NCBI GenBank assembly: GCA_964234715.1
Contig: OZ174282.1
Length of the DNA stretch: 64,000 bases
Reading direction: 5' to 3' (one strand)
Source of the DNA: Podarcis melisellensis
Taxonomy: Eukaryota
Positions 1 to 12,600 of the stretch are shown here, piece after piece (position 1 is the stretch's first letter; every line of letters starts with the position of its first letter). The notes under the pieces are model-generated. The model was not told where the DNA came from. It saw nothing but the letters and a program-made list of their open reading frames with translations, and did no database searches. Both the position numbers and the translations under genes were made by a program.

Positions 1-526
1 ACTACTATCATTTTCCATTTCTTCTTCCTCTTCGTCATTTTTCTCATGGACTTCTAAAAAACAGTTTTGGGAAAAAACGAGGGAAAACCTCCCCCCCCCT
101 GCAATTTTTTCTGGTTTTTTTCCAGGCCTTCCCATCTCTACTTGAGGACAGTTACTGAATAGTATGTTGCACTAAGGCTCAAACTCAATTTGAAAGGAAA
201 AGGAGTGTGTGTGTGTTTTAAATTGAATTTGTTGTTATATATTATAAACAGTGTGATGGTAAGAGAGCTCCTAAACAGTTTACAAAAATATGCAACAGAA
301 CATTAAAATGATTGATAAAACACAGTTAAAAGCAGATATTTAAGAGTATTCAAAAGACGACTGAAGTCAGCAGTGCTTAAAAGGAAGTAAATCACATGCA
401 GCTTCTACGTGTTCAGATGGGCTGGCCCTAACAAAAATGTTTTGAGCAGTTGCTGGAAAGAGTACAGTGAGAGCACATGGATTTGAAACCCACAGTACCA
501 GCTTCCATGCACCCAGGTTTCCTTAC

Positions 527-677
527 TTGGGTGTCAATTTCTTGGGGGACAGTCTGGGTGCGAATCCAGGGGTGGACCTCTGCCAGCTCCTCCTTCTGCC
601 CTTCTGAGAAACAGGGCTGCTTGCTCTCCAGGGTGGCCAGCTTCTCCAGGTCCTCTTTCAGCACCTCCTCTGCAATT
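527..677 (-). CDS. PER3: PER3 penultimate coding exon (CRY-binding region, [13 protein letters not shown]...[17 protein letters not shown])
   Basis: Acceptor cttgcag, donor gtaagg, 151 nt, phase 2 to 0. Confidence 0.93.
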
Positions 678-3600
678 CTGCAAGAGATGAGAAGCTGGCT
701 AGATAAAAAGGCACCAGCCCGACAAAGCCAAAATCCTGACATCACCTCCTCCTACAATCCTCTGCATAAAGTTCAGCTAGTTTTCACCACCCAGAGCCCT
801 ACAGAGAAGGTGTGGCACCCTCCAAAATCTTAGAAGCCTTGAAACAACATTAGCTGCAAAAGCTACAGAAAAGCAGGTCTTTTGTACCCCAGCCATGCCT
901 AGAGGGCTGCAACTCCCATTGCCGTTGTCCCTGATCATTGATCCTGCTGGACATTAGGGTGGAGTTTAGACAATCCAACATCTGGAGGCCCAACAGATCC
1001 GTTCTGAACTGAATCTTCCCTGCTTTCCAATCACAAGCTCTCTGCCATCCATATTTTGCACTTTGATGCAAAACCTAAGCCCCACCCAAAGCACTTCTCT
1101 GTTCTGTATAAGCTTTTCCTCAAACTGGTCCATCCCTTCAGGTTCCTGAAAACAACTCCAAAGACATTTCAGGGCTGCCTCTGCCTTCTCAACAACAGCC
1201 ACCACTCCCAGCAACAATAAAAACCCAATGTGTCCAGCACTTCACAAGGGGGCAAACATCACGGGGCCTGCTGGTGACTAAGCTACGGAAATCCTATTTT
1301 GCTCCCCTTCCTGAACCGCTTGCCCTTCCCCATCCCCATTTTCCCAGCGCTGCCTTCTGGAAGGCAGGAGGGCCTACCTAGTTTGGAGAAGTAGCAAAGC
1401 AAAGGCGTTTTCTCACCGCTTTGGCATTTGGTAGGTCATCTGGATTGGTTCAGGCAAACTATTCACTGTCCTCCACACCAACCTGGCTGGCTGCGGTGGC
1501 CGTTCCGCCTCTTCTCCTCCTTCTTCGCTGTTCTTCCCCCTTTTTGAGACCTCGGAGGAATCATTGCTGGCAAAGTATTTGCTGCTGTTTCCGCTGCCTG
1601 TTTGGAGACAGGTGGGTGGACACAAATGAAATGTGGGTTTCTGCATAGGCCAATCTCAAGGCAGGGAGGAGGGTGGCCGTTCCCCTGCTAGCAAATCCCT
1701 TTGGGATTCTCTTTCTGTGGAAGCCGACACACACAGCACTTCCTCTCCTTCTAAGTTGTGGCCTAGTCACTCAAGAAAAAGGGGCTGCAGAGATCCCAAG
1801 GCAAATTCTTTGCATCTGTCTTCACAGTGGGAGACGCTGGACAGATCCCTCCTGTGCCTGAACTACTTTCACAGGAAGGGAGTCTGAGGAACTGAAGCAA
1901 ACAGCAGTGACAAGGGGCAGTTTTTATTGACAAATTAAGACTGACAAATCACTGGGTCTGGATAATATGCACCCGAGAGCAAAAACATGAACCTGCCAAG
2001 GAGTGATCCTCCTGTGGATAAGGAACTTGTTAAGCAGCATGAATCAAGGGGCAGTCCTCCAAAAGGAGAGATCTAGAATCCCCCTAGGATCGGTACTGGG
2101 CCCTGTGTTTTTTAACTTGTTCACAAATGATCTAGAGTTGAGGTGAGCACTCAGGTAGACTTGTTTGGTGTTGATGCCAAATTGTTCTAAGTGGTTAAAA
2201 CAAAGAGGGATTTCTGAGGAGCTCCAAAGTGGGGTCTATGCGCAGGAAATTATAACATGACATTCAGTGTAAGCAAGTGCACAGTGGTGCACACGGGAGC
2301 AAAAAATTCTAATTTCACATATATGCTCATGGGGTCAGAATGGGATTGTAGAAGATAGCTCATTGAAGACGTTGATCCAGTATGTAGCAGTGGTGAAAAA
2401 GGCAAATTCCACGCTAGAGATCGTTAGGAAAGGAATTGAAAATAAAACTGCTGATATCACAATGCCCTTATACAAATGTGTTGTGTGAGTGCCTTTGAAG
2501 TATAGTGGATTCTCGGGTTGCGAACGTGATCCATGCGGGAAGCACATTTGCAACCCACAGCACCACGTCTGTGCACGCGTGGGTTGCGATTCAGAGCTTT
2601 TGTGCATGCACAAAGTGTGATTTAGCGCTTTGGTGCTTTGGTGCATGCACAAAGTGTGATTTAGCACTTCTGCACATGTGCCGAAACCGGGGAAATAACC
2701 CGTTCCGGTACTTCTGGGTTCTGTGGTGCGCAACCCGAAGCGTCTGTAACTTGAGGTAGGACCGTATTGTGTACTGTCTGATCACCTCACCTCAAAAAGC
2801 ACATTGCAGAGCAGGAAAAGGTTCAAACAGGGAATCAAAATAATTAAGGGATGGAATAACTTCCCCCATTGAGTGGAGAAAGTGGATCAGGAGAAGCTCT
2901 TCTCCCTCTCCCGTAATACTATCTGCTGGGGACATCAGAAGAAGATGAATGTTGGAAGATTCAGGACAAAGGAAGTCCTCCTTCACACAGCGCACTGTAA
3001 GGCACTGGCTTGTCCCATCCATGAACTAAAATTTGCCACCATCAAATATTTCAGGGTCTCCCTCTCGTGCCCAGAGTGCCTGCCTTACCTGTGCCACAAC
3101 CAGACGTTTCATTGGAGCTGGAGCCATTGGACCCAGAGACCAAGGAGCTGGACTCAGCAGACCCACTGCCAGAGGCCGCTGAGCTACTTCCAGACTGGGA
3201 ATCTTCCAGTAGCAAAAGGTCGAAGAACTCACTGGAGACGGAGTGGCTGTCATTGTTCACGCTGTCCTCCCCGTCCTCATCCTGCAAAGGAAATGGGACA
3301 AATCCATCCACACACAGTCACTGCCGGGCTCAAGGAGAGATGGCGGTGCTTTCTGCAGGCACCCAGGTGGGGTCAGGATTAGCAGCTGGTACCAGCTCAG
3401 CTGGTTCTGAAAGTAAAAGACTCCTGTCGCGGAGCCAGATAATGTGGTCACGCAAATACGGCCCGCAAGCCCTGCAAACTTCCTTAACCTGTCCTCCAGA
3501 TTGTTTGCATAACAACTCCCAGGGTACTACGGACAGGCTGGCAGGGGCTGATAGGAGCCCAAAACATCTGGAGGGGTGGGTGCTTTAAACCCAAGGATTT

Positions 3601-6600
3601 CTCCTGCCAACAGAGACCAAACAAGCTTCCCGCTGCTGTTTCATACGGCGCAATGCAGCCACAGACGCGAAGCACATGGTAGACAACACACAACACACAC
3701 AAAGGGGTCTCATTTCCACAGTTGGCTGCGCCCAACTCACAGCTACAGCAGCTGTATGTGCCTGGGACCCTCCACCCATCCAAAGTGCAGCTGTGCCAGC
3801 TTCCCCAGTCCAATCTGGATTCAGGAGCCAATACATTTTTTTCCTCTTTGCCTGCAGAACTCAGATTCCCACCTCTGAAAACACAGCGGAACGGAAACCG
3901 ACCCAACGCAGGAAGTCCCTGTTCTTCGCTCCTTAGCTGCATCCCTGGGAGACAGAGGGCGTAATTAGAACAACCACCGTCTGCTGTTAGGCGGCTCCCG
4001 AAAGAGCCAGAAGGACCAGGACAGAAAGGGGGGGGGAGGAGGAATGAATCGCCATGTTTGCAACTGCCGTGCCCCATGTGCAGAGCACCACCCAAACCCA
4101 AGCGGAATAAGCAGCATGGACTGCAAGGGATCTCTGGGTGGGATGCCCCACCACCAGCTTCACAAGGCCCCACAAATCTGTGATGGAGAAGCTCCTTCTG
4201 TGGCCCATGGAGCAAGAAAACAGTCAGGGTTGGGGGGAGTGGCACTCCTTGCACACTACGCTATTTCCCCCCTGAATCTGCCACCATTGGCAGCCAACCC
4301 TTCCCAAAACCTGAGCCAGGATCCCCCTTGCAGGAACTTACACACATGGCTCCTGTGCCTGCCAGGGGGGCCTGTGCTGTGCCGGACAGCTCCAGTGGTT
4401 TGGGCAGCTCTTCTTGAAGCAGGTCCAGCTGCAGAGGGGAGCTGCTCCGGGAGTTGCTGAAGAGCCTCTGGTGGGGCGGGTCCCCCGAGGATGCAGGCTG
4501 CTCTTCCTCGGCAGCAGACATTGGGGTGGAGGGGGGCGAAGGGTGCTCCATGGGGCCTGGCGGTGCCACGGGGAGAGCGGAAGGAGGGCCCGGGGGCATC
4601 ACAGGGCAGGGGTAGGAAGCAGCAGAAGGGCAGGGGAAGAGCTGCGCAGGGAAGGAAGGCGGAGGGGCGAAAAGAGGCAGCGGAAGCGGCAGAGGGTACG
4701 CTGGGAAATTCTGAAAGAGGACAGTCATGAAGCCGCCCATGTATGGAGCAGGGATTGCTGGGAGGGGCTGGATGCTGCAGGGCAGGTAAGGTGGGGTGGC
4801 TGGGGCTGCTGCAGAGGCAGAAGGCGGCAAGACAGGGCCTCCTCCCAGAGAGGCGACAGGGAAATCAGGCGTTGCTGCATAAGGATCGGCAGGGAGGGTG
4901 AAGCTCGGGGCCCCAGAGTGGGGTCCCTGGGAGGCGTCCGCCTCCCAAGCACCGCTCCTGCTGTCGGGGGAGCCCAGTGGTTTCTGGCGCTTGAACTTCC
5001 CCGGCTTGGTCTTCCTTTTACAGCCCACCGGCCTGGTCTGCTTTGGAGAGACATCGTCTGCGGAGGAAAAAGCCAAAGGCGGGGAAATTGTGAGGAGAGA
5101 GAGGGGCAGGCGGGAGGGTTCAAGGAAGGGGTTAAGCCAAGAGCGCTTTTGCCATAGACAGTAGGAGAGGCGCAGAAGCAGCACCGGTTCCCAGTTGAAG
5201 ATAGAAAGCAGGCAGTCGCACCGCCCATCCTGACACCTGCCTGACCCTAAGGCCCTCTCCTATCCCCCTCTCCTGCAGTCCTCCCCCAGCAGGTGCTCCC
5301 CACTCAGGAGAAGAGAGTTGGAGCCCAACAGCAACTAGAGGGCAACAGTTTGGCTGCTCTGGCAAGGCGGCACCACTTTGTGGTTTTAGGTGCAGTCTTG
5401 GCAAACCCTCTTCCGCTCGGCTCTTGGGCCTGCAGAAGTCCTACCTGGGAGCCTCTTTGCGCACCCCTGAACTGCTTCTCTCAAGGCGCTGTCAGGAGAC
5501 GAATGCAGGAGCCGTGCCTGGCTCTTTGGGGGCCTCGTTCTGCCCTCAGCAAAGCCTGTCTGCAAGAAGCCTCCTCTTCTTGCCACTGAATGACCTTCGT
5601 TCCCCCACCCTTAGATATAATGAAGGAAACTCCTACTTTCCAGCCTCCTCTGCCTCATTGCTGCTTGCTTCTTGTTCCCTTCCTCCCTTCTCAGAGACAG
5701 TCAATCCAAAAACTACCTTTCACTTTGCTCTCACAGTAAAGATGTGTCTCTGGCTGTGCCTCTGCTGCTCCCTTACGAGCGCAATCTACAATCTAGGCTA
5801 CAACTGTAAAGTGGCACAGGCTGTATTCTTGGGTACAGCGGCAAGCAAGCTGGCTTCTAGCAGACTCACAGCACCCTGTTCCCTAGCCAAATAAGAGAGA
5901 CCCCTCTAAGCCCCTAAGCTAAATTCTTCCCTAACACACACCATTCAAGAATATGGGGAGGGCTATTTCCCTGAACACAGAGAGGAGGAGAGCAAGAGCA
6001 CTATGGGGAGCTGCCACAGCTCTGCCTCCCCCACCATTGCTGCTCACTTGGTTCCTACCTTGGTCCTGGGAAGGAGGCTGGCTGCTCCTGGCCGCTCCAT
6101 GCTGGAGGTAGGCTGGCCGGTATGAGGACAGGAGGGCCCTCTGGCGGAAGCGGTCCACATATTCCTGCTCCTTCTTTTGCGTGTGAGCCGACAAGACCTC
6201 TTTGGTCAGCCCCACTAGCCTGACTTCCTCCAGAGTGGCTCCAGCCCCAGCTGCGCTGGGCGTGGGGTTGGCCAGCGATGGCTCCACCTGCTCACCTTGC
6301 AGAGTGGCTTCTTCAAGCGCCGTGGCTTCTGCGAGAGGTAGTAGGATAGTCAGCCACACTTTCCCAAGGAGGCAGCCGACAACACTCGGGAACCTCCTTC
6401 TCTGCCACCCAAATATTCACCTAGATGTTGTGCAGGGCTACCGGAATGGATTATTCAGGCCGCAAAAGGGGGAGCCACATGCCACATGGAAGGCAACTCA
6501 GATACCGTTTGATTGACAGCATCTGAATCAAAGTTATCCCGCCGAGAATCTGCTGCACAGGAATGATATGGGGAAAAAGAGGAGGAGGAGGAAGTGGTGG

Positions 6601-9600
6601 TGGTGGAGGAGAAGGCGTTTTGGCCTCGGCTGGTTGGGCACTGGGCCTCCCTCTTCTACTTAGGCCCAAATGTCTAGCCAGGCAAAGTAAGGAAGGCCAA
6701 AGGAACTCTAAGCACTGCTGTGAATAAGTGTGCTTCCTGGAAGGTCCCTACCTGAAATCAAGGTGACTGGTGCTCATTGCAATGGATGTCGCCTATAAAC
6801 AGGAAGCAATTTGTCCTCCACAATCACTGAGTGAGGTTCCTACACCACTGCCAGAGGACAGGGACAGCATCCAGCTACCATCCTCCCAAAGCCTTCGAGG
6901 AGGGCATGGCTCACTTGTTGGTGAGACCCCAAGACGGGAGAGCAGAACGACCAGCCCTGCCTGGAGCCTCATCCGTTCTAACCAGATAGGACTTATGCAG
7001 GCAAACACCGCTTGCCTGGGAGAGGAGGTGGGTGGGTAAGCAAAGGAGCTCGGAGGTTTGTGTGTTTTTCTCAGGAGAGGAGCAAGATCTGTCTGCCAAC
7101 CTACCTGACTCCGGGTGTGGGAAGTGGACCAGGGTGCTGCTGTAGCTGCACTGGCTGGTTGCGGACACCACGCTCAATGCTTTGGCAGTCAGCGCCAGGT
7201 CAGTCATTGCAGCAGCGCCACCCACCACCCTTGCTGGGGCCTGCTGCTCTACATCGCCTTCCAGGTTGGGCGTCGCAGGTGGCTGGGAATCAACCAAGGG
7301 CAGCTCGGCAGCATCTAGTGGGAGAATGATAGAAATGTCGAGTTGGAAGGGACCCCTGAGCTTCATCTGGCCCAACCCCCTCGCAATGCAGGAATCTCAA
7401 CTACAGCATCCAAGACAGATGGCCATCCAACCTCCACTTAAAAAACTCAAAGCAAATGCTTTCAAAGATACGACGTAACAGAAGCACAGTCAAGAAAAGC
7501 AAAGCTGATCAATTTAAATGTGGGGCTTTCGAATGGGAAAAAAGAGTACCTGGGTAGGAAGCCATTTCCACAAAGCACATCAAGCGCTGGAGCATATTGG
7601 CAGAAACAGCTATTAGCACGCTACCACCAGGACCCACCAGCTGCCAGCAAACGGAAACCCCTTGAAACCTTCCTGTGCTCCCTCTCACCTTCCAAGATTT
7701 GCTTGTCATTCTGGCTTAGGTGAGCCTGCTTGTCGTCATCGGAGGACGAAGAGGATGCATTGGTAGAGGACTCGCACTTCCTTTTCAGGGCGGGACTGTT
7801 GCAACTCTCCAGGTATCTGCAATCAGGAGCCTGGCATGAGCATCTTCCTATTCTAAGTCCGTGAATATAAGCTGTTCACCCAGCCAGTCAGAATGGGAGC
7901 GAAGGAGTAGGCAAGTTTCAATAATCAGGATCAACCCAACCCTCTGTTTCATTGAATTTATGCAGGTATTCTCTTCGCCCCCCACTTAAAGGTCCTCTGA
8001 CAGTTTAGAAAGTGGGGAAATTCTATCAAGCACTTCTATGTTTAATACATTAGTCTGTTAGGGAGAACATAAAACACTCAAACATACAAACAGAATGGTC
8101 TAATGATGCCAGCAGGAGAGCAAACTTGGCCCCCTGTAAGGGCCAAGAGAGATCTAGCTGCTCAGCCCCAACCACTGACCTCAAGGGGTTTTTTTTGGGG
8201 GGGGGGTAGCTGCTGGTGCCTAGGATGATGCTGGGAATAGCCTGAATGTAATCCTGGTTCCATACAGGCACCATATAATTTCTGCCACATTATTAGAATT
8301 GAGCATGGTTTTGTTTTGATAAACGTTTCTATTTACGTTTATCTATTTACGTTTATTTAACGTATCTTGGAAGTTGAACGGAATCTGTTCCAGAAGTCCA
8401 TTCAACTTCCAAAATGTTCAAAAACCAAAGCAGCCAATCAGCAGCCACGGAAGCCCCGTCGGACATTCGGCTTCCAAAAATAGTTTGCAAACCGGAACAG
8501 TCACTTCTGGGTTTGTGGCGTTTGGGAGCCAAAACGTTCAAGAGCTAAGCTGTTTGAAAACCAAGGTATTTATGTCTCCCCCTGCCCCAACCTGCTTTGG
8601 GAGCCCTGAGACTGTGGAAAGGAAAGCTAAGTAGTCCAAAACAACAGAAAAAGGGGAAATAACATGATTCACCAGAGAGAGCAGCACAACCTCATTCTGA
8701 GTGCCTCACAGACAGATCACTCTTTTCTTTTTACAATGAGGTACAGAAACTGAATTTTGCTGGCATGAGAAATGCCTAGCAGGGACTGAGGAGGAAGTCA
8801 AGACTTCAGGAGCATCGACACCTGCTGAGACGCCATGTTGTTATTACCTGATGATGCTGTCCATACAGTTAATTTGCTGATAGGACAGGACGTGGTTGGT
8901 GCTTCTCAAAACATCACAAGATTCAGCTAGTGGGTCAATGAGAGTCGAAGGGGGAGCACCTGGCTTTTGGTCTAGAAAATTGGGAGAGTGGGGAAAGAAA
9001 ACGTCCCTTACAATGGAGTGGGCGACCACCACCACTTGGCCACTTGCCCCTGGTCTCAATGAAATTCCCATTGGCTCCAGATTATAATGTTTGTTGTCCC
9101 CAAAGATCAATCTGTCTTGGACCATTTCCCCCATCTTGGGGCAGGCACCCTCGATGATGCATCCCTTCCTCTCCCTGGCCATTGTCGCCCCCATGAACTC
9201 ACCTCCTGGCTGCTCTGCCCTGGAAGTCCCCTCTTGAGGCTTACTGTGTGATTCAATGTACAGCTGCTGACCCACATTCTTGAGTCTGTTGGCATCCACA
9301 AAGATCTGTTGTAAGGACATCTGGGGCGGGGGGGGGGGGACGGACGGACACAAAGGATGAATGAAGCAAAGGTAGCAATGTTGGTCCATAAGAGAAACAG
9401 CCCAAACCCACAGCTGGCCAAGACTTTCATTAGGACCAAGCAAGCCATTGCAAAGGTGTGTGGGGATTTCAAGTTCTCTTCGGGCCTCTTCAACAGGCAA
9501 GATGTTACACAAAAGCAAGGGTGGGTGGGAAGGGAACAGTGGAACACAAACAGCAATACAAAAAAATGGCAGGATGTTGTAGCCATGGTCAGCTTGTAGA

Positions 9601-12600
9601 CTTGGCCCCATTACTGGGTATATTTAATGGAAGAGGGCCTTTATCTCTATGACAAAGAGCAGTTTACAAATAACTTTTTTAAAAAATAGAATAGAATACC
9701 CATTAACTCAAATCCCTCTAAATCCATTTCCTTCACAAGCTTCCTTGCTGGTTAACAGGCAAGAGGCACCCCCACAACACCCCGCCCCCTGCTGCCTGCA
9801 CTGCAGGCGGGTTGTGAATGACCAGAGACTCACCAGTTCTCTCTGTATTTCCTCCGCACAGTTCCCATTGGAGTCACTGGAAGACGCCACACTGATGTAG
9901 TGCTCGTAAGATCCATTGCTAATAAGGCTTCCGTAACCGCTAGAACCGTTGCTATAAACAGGCTGGAAGTAAAGAAAAACAGAGGTCTTCCAAAGCCTGG
10001 GAAGGGTTGCAGCAATCGTTCCTGTCAGCTGCATGCCTCTGGATCACACAGAGAGGAAAATGCTGACATGCACCCTGCCCCCACCCGACAGAAGGCGTCC
10101 CAGCTTGGAGCTGCATTCCCCTCCTTACTTGCAGAAGCAGCTTATAGATCTGTCCTTGGAGCTCCCAGATCTCCTTGTCAACCCTGTTCATCCCCTTGCT
10201 TCTTGCTGCAAAGACATCTTCATTCAGAGGGCTCCTGCAAAGGATGAATGGAAGCAGAGCGTCATCTTGACACTAGATGAGGGAAGGTCTGTATCACAAG
10301 ATTACAGGAGTGAGTTATTCAAGGAAAGGGATTAGCTCTGCAGCCGAGTTCTTCTGGCTCCCCAGCTGGATAATGTTAAAACAGACTGATGAAAGAGTAA
10401 ACCCAGGGGATTGTATCCAATGCAAGTCCTACTCAGAGTTGGCCCACTGTAGTGAATGAAAATGATTAACTTAGGGTAGACCTGAGTAGTACGTAGCTGG
10501 ATACCCAAAGAAATCTGTTCCTGCTGGGGGAAAAAGAAAAGGAAACAACTAGCCTTATCTGCTAATGGCACACATTGAAAATGAATTTTCAGAATATCTT
10601 AGAAACAAAACGCTTTTCCAAGTAAGAAGCTCTCCTACACAAGGCCTGAATTAAAGCGGAGCTTGAGAAATGTCTGTGGCTGCCCAAGGAAGCCCAAACA
10701 GGCTAGAGGAGGGCTAAGAAAGAACCCTGGCAGCAAGCGGAGGGGGCTCATGAGAAGACAATATTTCAACAATGAACAATTTGAATGCAAAACAGAAATT
10801 CTATGTCAATAATATCCGGCATGGCATCCTTTCTTTTGTGAAGGCAAATTTTAACAAAGTGTCAGGATCCTGCCCAACCCAAACCCAAAAGCTTTTCTGC
10901 AGAAGAAGTCTGGGGCCTTGCACCAAAGCCCAGCAGTCTTGAGGCAACTTGAAGAGCTCCATCTCAGATGCCTCACTTGAGCCCCCAATAGCCCCTCCCA
11001 AGCCCTGCCTGGATCCCTGATCTCCTTCCCCAGCCTCAGAAGTGAAGGAAGCAGCAGACTCAGTACAAAGCTCAGAGTTGCTGGCCTGCTTCCCTGGCAG
11101 AAGGCTCCAGCACCAGGGTCTTCTTGGAAGGGTCTACTAAGAATCAAATGATCCAGCTGCAAATGCCCAGCATGTGATCAGTCAGAAGTCAGCTGACAGC
11201 AAGAATCTGAGGCCCTCGGTCTCCTCTGGGCTCCCTGTCTAGCTCCAGCCTCCAGGTACTGGCCACAAGCATTTCACTAGCCAGACTCTTCCTGCGTTTG
11301 GACTTTGTGGCTTATAAAACGATGCAAGTCAGATCTGCTCTGGCCTTAGCAAAGGGGAGGTGCACATGCTTTACACACAGATGATCCCAGGCTCAACGCT
11401 TGGCATCTCAACAGGTCCTGGAGAGCAGAGAGCCAGAATAAACAGCAGTGCCTTAGCTTAGCACTCCTGGGAAATTGCTACTGCTGCACCATGCAAGATG
11501 CTGACTGGACCTGCTCCGATAAATTGGCATCATCTTTATTTAAAGCCCTTGTAACATGCCACATGCCTCACCATCTTTGTGTTGTATTAATGTCAGTCCT
11601 ACTCAGAGAAGACCCATTTAAATTAACAGACCCAAGCTATCCACGGCAATTTATTTTGATGACTGTACTCTGAGTAGGACTAAACGCAAATTATTACACC
11701 AGTTCTACAGGCCCGCACACACAGGAGCACAGTATCAATCCAATCTGAATTCTCCTTATTGGCTCTGGGTGTCAAGGAAAAGAGGGCAAACCCCAAACAT
11801 GCTGGCTTCAGGAGGCTTACGTTCTGACTTTGTGCCGCCCAATGATAAAGACGACCTTCCGGCTCCACGGATTCACAAAACTGGACCAGCTGGTATCCAG
11901 GATGACGTAGTCCCCGTTCTGAGTGCAGAATCGGATGGGCGAGTGCTCGAAGGGAGGGCGGCCCGCAAACTTCAGAACTGAGTAAAAGCCAGAGACAAAG
12001 ACAAGGTTGGATTGACAGCAGCCAATGGAAGCACACAAAGGCCTGCCCACACCTAGTGGAACTAGCTTAATGCAAAGTTCTATCATTCTTCTTGGCCAGA
12101 AGGAGAGGGGTTATGGGGGGGAACCAGTGGTAGAGTGTCTGCTTTGCATGTAGAACATCCCAACTTCAATCCTCATCATCTGGCATCCTGGATAACTCAG
12201 TTGGATAGGATAGAGCATGGTACTGATAAAGCCAAGGTTGCAGGTTCAATCCCTATATGGGACAGCTGGCTATTCCTGCATTGCAGAGGGTTGGATTTAT
12301 GATCCTCAGGGTCCCTTCCAACTCTGTGATTCTATGACTTCCAGGCAGGGTTGGGAGAGACTCTTGCCTGAAATCCTGGAGAGCTGTTGCTGGTCAGTGA
12401 ACACAATACAGGTGTCTCCCCACTTACACGTGTTCTATTCATGTGTGACCAGGAGATAATTAAATCAATTTAAACTGCAAAAAGGGTAAAAACAGCCCAA
12501 AAGAGCAGGAAATTTCAAAATGGCATGAAAAGAGCAGTAAAACGGTTAGTAATAGCAGGAGCCTTTGCAACTGCAATTCCATGACCCTTTGGTATGGGTT

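Noticed and set aside
428-526. Read-through past the last PER3 donor gives a 32-aa tail containing CSHC, reminiscent of the PER C-terminal zinc-binding CxxC
   Set aside because: The donor CAA|GTAAGG is strong, the spacing differs from PER proteins (CxxC directly follows the junction), and I see no nearby polyA signal; the true last exon is probably outside the window
3484-4254. 256-aa minus-strand ORF within a PER3 intron
   Set aside because: No recognisable domain, non-ATG start, and the flanking exons join in phase without it
3089-4342. Search for a PER3 coding VNTR like the 54-bp repeat of primates
   Set aside because: No tandem repeat is visible in these exons; absence is expected outside primates
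4414-5157. 247-aa plus-strand ORF and other antisense ORFs over PER3, VAMP3 and CAMTA1 exons
   Set aside because: Shadow frames of GC-rich coding exons
9321-9833. Neighbouring PER3 intron is also a multiple of 3 (513 nt) and partly open
   Set aside because: In-frame stop at 9708-9710, so retention would truncate the protein
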